A DNA stretch of 51,153 nt from a virus, in IMG/VR virus record IMGVR_UViG_3300045391_005781; one strand, written 5' to 3'. A program made the translations under genes and the position numbers. Numbering within the stretch: position 1 is the first letter of the stretch; every line of letters begins with the position of its first letter. Below the pieces are notes generated by a model, which saw nothing but the letters and a program-made list of their open reading frames with translations, was not told where the DNA came from and ran no database searches. Shown here in pieces: positions 16,984 to 22,895 of this stretch.

Positions 16984-17012
16984 AAAGTAAAAAAAAATTA
17001 ATAGATTTGCAA
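16984..17012 (-). promoter_or_regulatory. Candidate promoter (TTGCAA-N17-TACTTT) ending 3 nt upstream of the first base of the tRNA-like gene
   Basis: Read on the minus strand: ttgcaa atctattaatttttttt tacttt tttGAAGAAG. Confidence 0.3.
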
Positions 17013-17155
17013 AAAACAAATTATCTTTTACCATTTTAACGAATTTATTCTTTTAAAATCAAATGATTAAATAAAATATTTTTACCTTAACGTCTAACTC
17101 AAGAATTAAGATTTAACAAATTTTCAAGAATCCACAAAACAAACAAGTCTTCCCA

Positions 17156-17941
17156 TTATGGTATGACCTTACTCTGTATCAAAAGCTGTCGCACATTCAC
17201 AGCTGCCGGCATAAGAAATTTATTAACTTTCGTGGGTGGTATCATATAAATTCTTTGAAGATATTCTGATACAGCGCCATCTTGTTCTGGTGTAACTTTC
17301 CAATCATTATCACTCTTGTAATTATTGCAAAGATTAATAATATCTTTTTCAACATATAATTTAAAAAAAGCATTAACATCATTTTCTTTTCGAAAAATAG
17401 AATATATTTCATCTTCTTTATTAAATTCTTTAAAAAATATATTCATGCAATTTACAAGGTCTGATTCAGAATACTTCACCAAGAAACCATGTACTTTTTC
17501 AAAATTACACGAAAGAAGCTCATAAAAAGTGCTTTCTGTAAGAAATAGATCGGAAGATTTTATAATCTTATTTTCATCTGAGGAGTGCGAAATAAGATAC
17601 AAAGGTATATCTGCTTTTATAAGCATTTGTCTAAAAAGCTTAACAGAAACAATAATTTCTTCTTTGTTTATAATCTCTTGGATTAATGAATTTCTTTCGT
17701 GGGGTTGAACAAGCCCTACCCGAAGACGATCTCCGTCCTTTCTCGACAAAAAGATACCTTCTTTTTGATGAGATTTTTTCTCAAGCTCTGTTCTTATATA
17801 TTCTTCGTATTCAGCTCTGTAAATTTCTTTGGAATTAAAGAAATAACTATGAATTTCATCAAAGATAACAGTAGCTTGTAACTCCAAATTTGTATAACGT
17901 TTAACAAAAGCTAAAAACCCACTCTGCAAAAAAATCTGCAT
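17156..17941 (-). CDS. Hypothetical protein (261 aa)
   Basis: ORF from the track; no motif recognised. Lies between the tRNAs and the transporter. Confidence 0.6.
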   Translation of the reverse strand: MQIFLQSGFLAFVKRYTNLELQATVIFDEIHSYFFNSKEIYRAEYEEYIRTELEKKSHQKEGIFLSRKDGDRLRVGLVQPHERNSLIQEIINKEEIIVSVKLFRQMLIKADIPLYLISHSSDENKIIKSSDLFLTESTFYELLSCNFEKVHGFLVKYSESDLVNCMNIFFKEFNKEDEIYSIFRKENDVNAFFKLYVEKDIINLCNNYKSDNDWKVTPEQDGAVSEYLQRIYMIPPTKVNKFLMPAAVNVRQLLIQSKVIP

Positions 17942-17977
17942 TATATTTATCCCCGTTTACTTTCTTTTTGGCTTTAT

Positions 17978-19300
17978 TTAATGCAAAAATCTCATTTTGT
18001 TTTCAAAAGGAATATTTTCGTATTGTATATATGTATGTATACAATATGAAAAAATAACCCCTATGATTAACCAAGCATAAAAAATAATATTAAATCCAAA
18101 CATATCAGATAATTTATAAATAACAAAAGAAGTCAGTATATACATAACTGTTTTCCCAATAAAAAATGCTTTGTTAAAAGTTCTCGATCTTGCTTGAATG
18201 GGCAAACCTTTTAACAAAACTCCAATTGAAGGTATGTGATCTACCCCTAAGATAACAGAAAAACACTGACATACAAATATTTCTACAGGAGACGTTATAA
18301 AACTACTAAAACAAATTCCTAAGCTTAGAATCCAAATCAGCAATAAATATGATCTCATTTTTGTAATTTTTATCGGGTCATAATCATACGCTAACCAACC
18401 CCACATATAACTAGACAATCCTTGAATTAAGGCCACAATCGCATTATTTAACAAAATTTCAGAAGGCGACATTTTTGCTTCTACGAGCAACTTGACGCAA
18501 AATACATATACAAAAACAAACCCAAATCCAAAAAGTAGCTCAATCCCAACTATTCTTAAAATATTATGCTTATAATATAAATATATTTCTTTAATAGATA
18601 CTATTTTCTCTTCGGATGAATATTTAAGTATTGTATAATCTAGGCTTTCTTTTACCTTTTTTCTTGTTTGGTACCCAACAAGAGCAACAATGGAACCAAT
18701 AAAAAAAGGAAAAGTCCAACTCGGCACCTCATATATTTTTTGAGGAAGAAATCTTAAAGATATAAACGATATAACAAGACTTGCTACGACTCCTAAATTA
18801 CAAACGAGATCAAGAAGCCCTGAATAATAAGCTGTTTGCGATTTTGAGTAAGATTCCGCTATATATATATTAGAAGAAAGATACTCTCCCGTTAAAGCAA
18901 AGTCTGCAATTCCTCGAAGCAAACAAAACAAAAAAGCACTGTATAAAGTACGCTCCAAAAAGATGCCTTGAATGGGTATTAAAAAAAATACAACCGCCGA
19001 AATCATACATGACCAAATAAGAGGTACTCTGCGTCCCCTTGTGTCTGCTATATAACCCCATATCAGAGTTCCACATAAAGAACATATTAGAGTCATACAG
19101 AATCCAAAAATAATAGAATCATCAGGATTAAAATAAGGAGGAAAGAAAAGATAGCTTAAAATGGCGGCAAAGTGGATATAAAGAGCAAAATCATAATTTT
19201 CCAAAAAATTTCCCATAGATATATAAAACATGTATTTCTTTGGATGAGAAACCATCAAGACTTGATTTCGCGTAGATGTATCAGTATTATTCCCATGCAT
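17978..19300 (-). CDS. MFS transporter, metabolite:H+ symporter (MHS; ProP/KgtP-like) family (440 aa)
   Basis: GNFLENYDFALY (compare the GN..EWYDF..Y signature). ADTRGRR loop 2-3 motif. About 12 hydrophobic segments. Confidence 0.8.
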   Translation of the reverse strand: MHGNNTDTSTRNQVLMVSHPKKYMFYISMGNFLENYDFALYIHFAAILSYLFFPPYFNPDDSIIFGFCMTLICSLCGTLIWGYIADTRGRRVPLIWSCMISAVVFFLIPIQGIFLERTLYSAFLFCLLRGIADFALTGEYLSSNIYIAESYSKSQTAYYSGLLDLVCNLGVVASLVISFISLRFLPQKIYEVPSWTFPFFIGSIVALVGYQTRKKVKESLDYTILKYSSEEKIVSIKEIYLYYKHNILRIVGIELLFGFGFVFVYVFCVKLLVEAKMSPSEILLNNAIVALIQGLSSYMWGWLAYDYDPIKITKMRSYLLLIWILSLGICFSSFITSPVEIFVCQCFSVILGVDHIPSIGVLLKGLPIQARSRTFNKAFFIGKTVMYILTSFVIYKLSDMFGFNIIFYAWLIIGVIFSYCIHTYIQYENIPFENKMRFLH

Positions 19301-19402
19301 TGTTGCAGCTCCCCCTGTTTTACAGGCTTCAACATATCATTTTCATTCGTTTATCTCAATCTGTTTTTTTAATTTTTTTCTTTGATCGTCTTTTATAGAT
19401 TT

Positions 19403-19425
19403 GTTACGTGAGAGTTACGTAAAAA
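19403..19425 (+). repeat. 23-bp direct repeat, copy 1 (GTTACGTGAGAGTTACGTAAAAA): two GTTACGT heptamers 11 bp apart
   Basis: Perfect match with 19634-19656. Confidence 0.9.
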
Positions 19426-19572
19426 TATATATTCAGATGAAAATTGTTGATTTTCATAGATTTTATAAATTAAATTGATTAAAATTTGATTAACTGTTTT
19501 CGTGTATCTGATACTCTTATAAAACAAGGAATTCTTAAAAATTTTCTTAAAATTCAAGAACTTGTATGTTGC

Positions 19573-19599
19573 TTGACACGATTTGTTTGTTTCTATATT
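19573..19599 (+). promoter_or_regulatory. Candidate int promoter (TTGACA-N15-TATATT)
   Basis: Hexamers read directly. The 15-nt spacer is short. Confidence 0.35.
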
Positions 19600-19606
19600 C
19601 TTCGTC

Positions 19607-19628
19607 TAGATCGTTTTAAAACGATCTA
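19607..19628. promoter_or_regulatory. Perfect 22-bp palindrome TAGATCGTTTT|AAAACGATCTA between the two 23-bp repeats
   Basis: Self-complementary over all 22 nt. Lies 44 bp upstream of the int ATG. Confidence 0.85.
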
Positions 19629-19633
19629 ATTTA

Positions 19634-19656
19634 GTTACGTGAGAGTTACGTAAAAA
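19634..19656 (+). repeat. 23-bp direct repeat, copy 2
   Basis: Perfect match with 19403-19425. Ends 15 bp before the int ATG. Confidence 0.9.
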
Positions 19657-19671
19657 GAAAGGAACTATCAA

Positions 19672-20850
19672 ATGGGAAAACTAACGCAGACACGAATCAA
19701 CGAAGCTTTGCCGGAAAAAAAAGATTATTATATATGGGATGATAAATTTACAGGATTTGGATGCAGAATCTATCCGTCAGGACATAAGACGTATGTTTTT
19801 ATGTACACTTCTCCTCTTTATAAACGACGCCAAACCTTAAAAATAGGGAAAGATGGAAACATTGATCTCAAAAAAGCTTATGATATCGCGAAAGGATACT
19901 CAGGCGACGTTGCAAGAGGGTTAGATCCAAAAGATCTTCAGAAACAACAAATTGAAGACAAAAAGCTTGAGTTAGAGAACAAAAAAAAATCTATTAGATT
20001 TGATGAGTTTTGGGAAATATTTATGCAAAATCATGTTAATAAGCGCAAAACAGCAACGATTAGAGTTGTAATGTGTTTTAGCAAATATCACATTTTGCCA
20101 TACTTTAAAGATTTTCTGCTTAAAGACATTAAATTTAAAGATATTTTAGAATTTCAAAACCAATTAAGCCATTATGCTTCAACAAAAGTCGGGGTGATAG
20201 CTCATTTAAAAATAGCTTTTAATTTTGCAGAACGTCTAGGCTATATAGAAGATAATGCAAATCCTTGCAAAAATATTAAAATAGGAAAAACAAACCAAAA
20301 ACAAAATTTTTTAACCAAAGAAGATTTAATGCGCCTTGAAAATGAACTTGATAACAGTTTATTATCTAAAGACGTGCATATATCCACCATTATGTCCATA
20401 TATTTTGCTCTCTATACGGGGTTGAGAAAAAACGAAATTTTAAAACTTCGATGGGAAAATATAAATTTTGAAGATAAAAATCTTATTTTAGAAGATAGTA
20501 AAGTTGGAAAACGAGTATATCCTCTCAATAAAAAGGCCATAGAGTTACTCCTAAAAATGAGATCGAAACATACTAATGCATATATTTTTTATGGAAGATT
20601 TCCTGATTCTCACTTAAAAGATGTTTATACTTTTTGGGTAAATTTACGTAAAAAACTTAATCTTGAAAAAATTCGCATCCATGACTTGCGCCACTCTTTT
20701 GCAAGTTTTGCCATAAAAAATGGTGTTAGTATTGTGCATTTGTCTAAATTGCTAGGCCATACAAACATTACCACAACGATGAGATATGTACATTGCGATA
20801 TGGAAGACCTGCATAAAGCCTCAAATCAAACAGCCCAAGTCTTTAAATAG
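19672..20850 (+). CDS. int: Tyrosine integrase, P4-type (DUF4102 arm-binding N-domain plus phage_integrase catalytic domain), 392 aa
   Basis: The N-terminus LTQTRINEALPEKKDYYIWDDKFTGFGCRIYPSGHKTYVFMY fits the Arm-DNA-bind_3 pattern. The C-terminus has GLRKNE (Arg), HDLRHSFAS (HxxR) and LLGHTNITTTMRYVH (His...Tyr). Confidence 0.9.
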   Translation: MGKLTQTRINEALPEKKDYYIWDDKFTGFGCRIYPSGHKTYVFMYTSPLYKRRQTLKIGKDGNIDLKKAYDIAKGYSGDVARGLDPKDLQKQQIEDKKLELENKKKSIRFDEFWEIFMQNHVNKRKTATIRVVMCFSKYHILPYFKDFLLKDIKFKDILEFQNQLSHYASTKVGVIAHLKIAFNFAERLGYIEDNANPCKNIKIGKTNQKQNFLTKEDLMRLENELDNSLLSKDVHISTIMSIYFALYTGLRKNEILKLRWENINFEDKNLILEDSKVGKRVYPLNKKAIELLLKMRSKHTNAYIFYGRFPDSHLKDVYTFWVNLRKKLNLEKIRIHDLRHSFASFAIKNGVSIVHLSKLLGHTNITTTMRYVHCDMEDLHKASNQTAQVFK

Positions 20851-21139
20851 TTAATTTCAAAAAAGTAAACTTTTGCGAGTAATTTTTATCTTTGCAAAAA
20901 ATAAGAAATAATTTATCATAAGAAAATTAGAGGGAATAGTTCTCTCTAATTTGGGCGAGATGCCATAGTGCGATAACACCATGACACCTCTAACCATCAT
21001 CAACAACATGGTGAAGACGATGGCTTTGTACATAGTATCCAATCTTTTTCTTTTATTCCAGTTATTTCCCTTCGCTTCACGGTTGATGATGGTTTTCTTT
21101 TTGCGCCTATATTGTCCAATTTGCAAAGAAGGGTAAAAT

Positions 21140-21412
21140 ATGTTAAACAACTTGAAACATGAAATTAAGATCATCCTTGTGGAACACAAGATAACAAAAA
21201 AAGATATAACATTTATCGTCAGCCAAGCTTGTAAAGAAATAAATAATCCTATTCCAATTAATACTTCTTTTGAAAAGCTTGTTGCAAATCAGCTAGATAA
21301 ATATAATATTCAATATGTGAAGAAATTTGATATGATAACAAAAATTTGGCTAGAGATAATTAATCACAAACAAAAAAAATCTCTTAAACTTTCTGGAACT
21401 AAGTATAGTTGA
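21140..21412 (+). CDS. Hypothetical protein (90 aa)
   Basis: ORF from the track. Confidence 0.5.
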   Translation: MLNNLKHEIKIILVEHKITKKDITFIVSQACKEINNPIPINTSFEKLVANQLDKYNIQYVKKFDMITKIWLEIINHKQKKSLKLSGTKYS

Positions 21413-21531
21413 AGAGCTTAATAATACTACTAATAAATAATCAAAAATAATGATATGCGTTATCTGTTTTATTTGTGGATTTATTTTCTGCTTAATCCTA
21501 AATAAACTGATAAGATAATAAAGGAAGAAAC

Positions 21532-21780
21532 ATGAGCAATGTAAACAACAACCTTCAAGATAAATATTTTTCTACATTTGTTAACAACAAAATTTATGCC
21601 GCAGTATATCTTATAAACGGAAAAATGTATGACGGATTCATAACAGATTACGATGCTTTTACCTTTACTATTCTCAAAAAAATAGAAGGTAAAAATATAG
21701 AATCATTAGTATATAAACATGCTGTTACGGTAATTACCGTATTTATTCCTGGATTCCATGACAAAGATAAAAGAAAATAA
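21532..21780 (+). CDS. hfq: Hfq-like RNA chaperone (Sm fold), 82 aa
   Basis: NLQDKYF, VYLINGKMYDGFITDYDAF and LVYKHAVTVI compare with E. coli Hfq SLQDPFL, IYLVNGIKLQGQIESFDQF and MVYKHAISTV. AAGGAAG SD upstream. Confidence 0.8.
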   Translation: MSNVNNNLQDKYFSTFVNNKIYAAVYLINGKMYDGFITDYDAFTFTILKKIEGKNIESLVYKHAVTVITVFIPGFHDKDKRK

Positions 21781-21853
21781 CTGGTTTGTTTATTCAATGT
21801 TTTGATTTATTCCAGAAACAGAAGTTTGATTACTACGATGTAATAGGGAATTG

Positions 21854-21879
21854 CCGCAGCGTCTCGTGGCGCTGTCGGT
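21854..21879 (+). terminator. GC-rich hairpin about 75 nt downstream of hfq (ccgcagcg-tctcgtgg-cgctg(t)cgg)
   Basis: An 8-bp stem with one bulge in an otherwise AT-rich stretch. No clean U-tail. Confidence 0.35.
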
Positions 21880-21956
21880 CTTCAAAATAAAATCATTAAA
21901 CTTCAACGCAAACATTTAAAGATAATAAATAAATTTTAACTATAAAAGGATCTAAT

Positions 21957-22349
21957 ATGGCAATCGTAGAATTTGTTCCTCGCAAAACGAAACCTGACAT
22001 TGAATCTAAAGTACATATATCTTTCACTCGTAGGTTTAGCAAAAAGAAAAAAATCGTCCATGTCCTTGTACTGCGGATAGGCAAAAAAGTTGCTAAAGCA
22101 ATTAATCTTATGCCAGGAGATAGGGTGTCATTCTTTTGTAATGACGAATATCCTAGAATTTGGTTCATCAAAAAATCTCAAAATAAAGGTTATAAATTAG
22201 GAGGAAAACCTCATATGCATACTTTTACCATTCAATGTACATGGGATTTATTTATCCCTGATAAAAATGAATTTGCAAATCATTTAGTGGGCCACAAAAT
22301 TGACCAAGATAGTATAATAATTGATGCGAAAAACACAATCACTGATTAA
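21957..22349 (+). CDS. Hypothetical protein (130 aa)
   Basis: ORF from the track. A weak AbrB/SpoVT-like segment (LRIGKKVAKAINLMPGDRVSFF) is not enough for a call. Confidence 0.55.
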   Translation: MAIVEFVPRKTKPDIESKVHISFTRRFSKKKKIVHVLVLRIGKKVAKAINLMPGDRVSFFCNDEYPRIWFIKKSQNKGYKLGGKPHMHTFTIQCTWDLFIPDKNEFANHLVGHKIDQDSIIIDAKNTITD

Positions 22350-22416
22350 GTTGATCTTGTTTTTTGCACGAGAACATTCTATCATAAGTTCGAAAACGCC
22401 TATAATAGGGTTTTCT

Positions 22417-22471
22417 CCAATGCTTATCTTAAGATTGGATTTACAAACCTATTGCTCAATGGAGGATAGAA
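22417..22471 (+). promoter_or_regulatory. ROSE-like RNA thermometer in the 5' UTR of the sHSP gene: two hairpins, each with a bulged G, the second sequestering the SD
   Basis: Hairpin 2 (22449-22469): CUAUU(G)CUC-AAUG-GAGGAUAG. UUGCU pairs with the GGAGGA SD and has a bulged G. Hairpin 1 (22417-22438): CCAAU(G)CUUA-UCU-UAAGAUUGG. A TATAAT box lies at 22401-22406. Confidence 0.6.
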
Positions 22472-22894
22472 ATGACTCTCGATCTACAACCTTTTTTTCG
22501 TTCCACTATCGGTTTTGATCAAATAGCTGATATCTTAGAGAAAGCTACCAATAAAAAATTTGTTCAAAACACTTATCCGCCTTATAACATTGAAAAACTA
22601 AATGAAGACAGCTACATGATTAGCGTTGCCGTTGCTGGATTTAATGAAACAAACCTTGAAATAACAAAGCACAATAATCTTTTGCAAATCGATGGTAAAA
22701 TTGAAAAAGAAGAAGAAAAAACAATGTTCCTGCATAAAGGTATTGCAACACGTTCTTTTCAATTACAATTCAGACTAGCTGATCATATGGACGTGAAAGA
22801 TGTTTCTATTGAAAATGGAATGCTTTTACTCCACTTACAAAGAGATATTCCAGAAGAAATGAAGCCACAAAGGATTAAAATAAGTAAATTTTAA
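22472..22894 (+). CDS. Small heat-shock protein, Hsp20/alpha-crystallin family, IbpA-like (140 aa)
   Basis: TYPPYNIEKLNEDSYMISVAVAGFNETNLEITKHNNLLQIDGK compares with IbpA GYPPYNVE...YRIAIAVAGF...L.I......L.V.G. Confidence 0.9.
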   Translation: MTLDLQPFFRSTIGFDQIADILEKATNKKFVQNTYPPYNIEKLNEDSYMISVAVAGFNETNLEITKHNNLLQIDGKIEKEEEKTMFLHKGIATRSFQLQFRLADHMDVKDVSIENGMLLLHLQRDIPEEMKPQRIKISKF

Positions 22895-22895
22895 T

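Noticed and set aside
20644-20651. A fourth TTACGTAA palindrome inside the int coding region, and a GTTACGTGA match at about 44531
   Set aside because: Only the octamer or a half-site matches, without the bipartite context. Such matches are expected by chance in about 100 kb of two-strand AT-rich sequence.
20857-21189. Minus-strand 110-aa ORF convergent with int, whose inner part (MYKAIVFTMLLMMVRGVMVL...) resembles a small hydrophobic type-I-toxin-like peptide
   Set aside because: There is no convincing SD or promoter, the sequence is low complexity, and the ORF overlaps the start of the plus-strand ORF 21140. The evidence is insufficient to call it a gene or a toxin.
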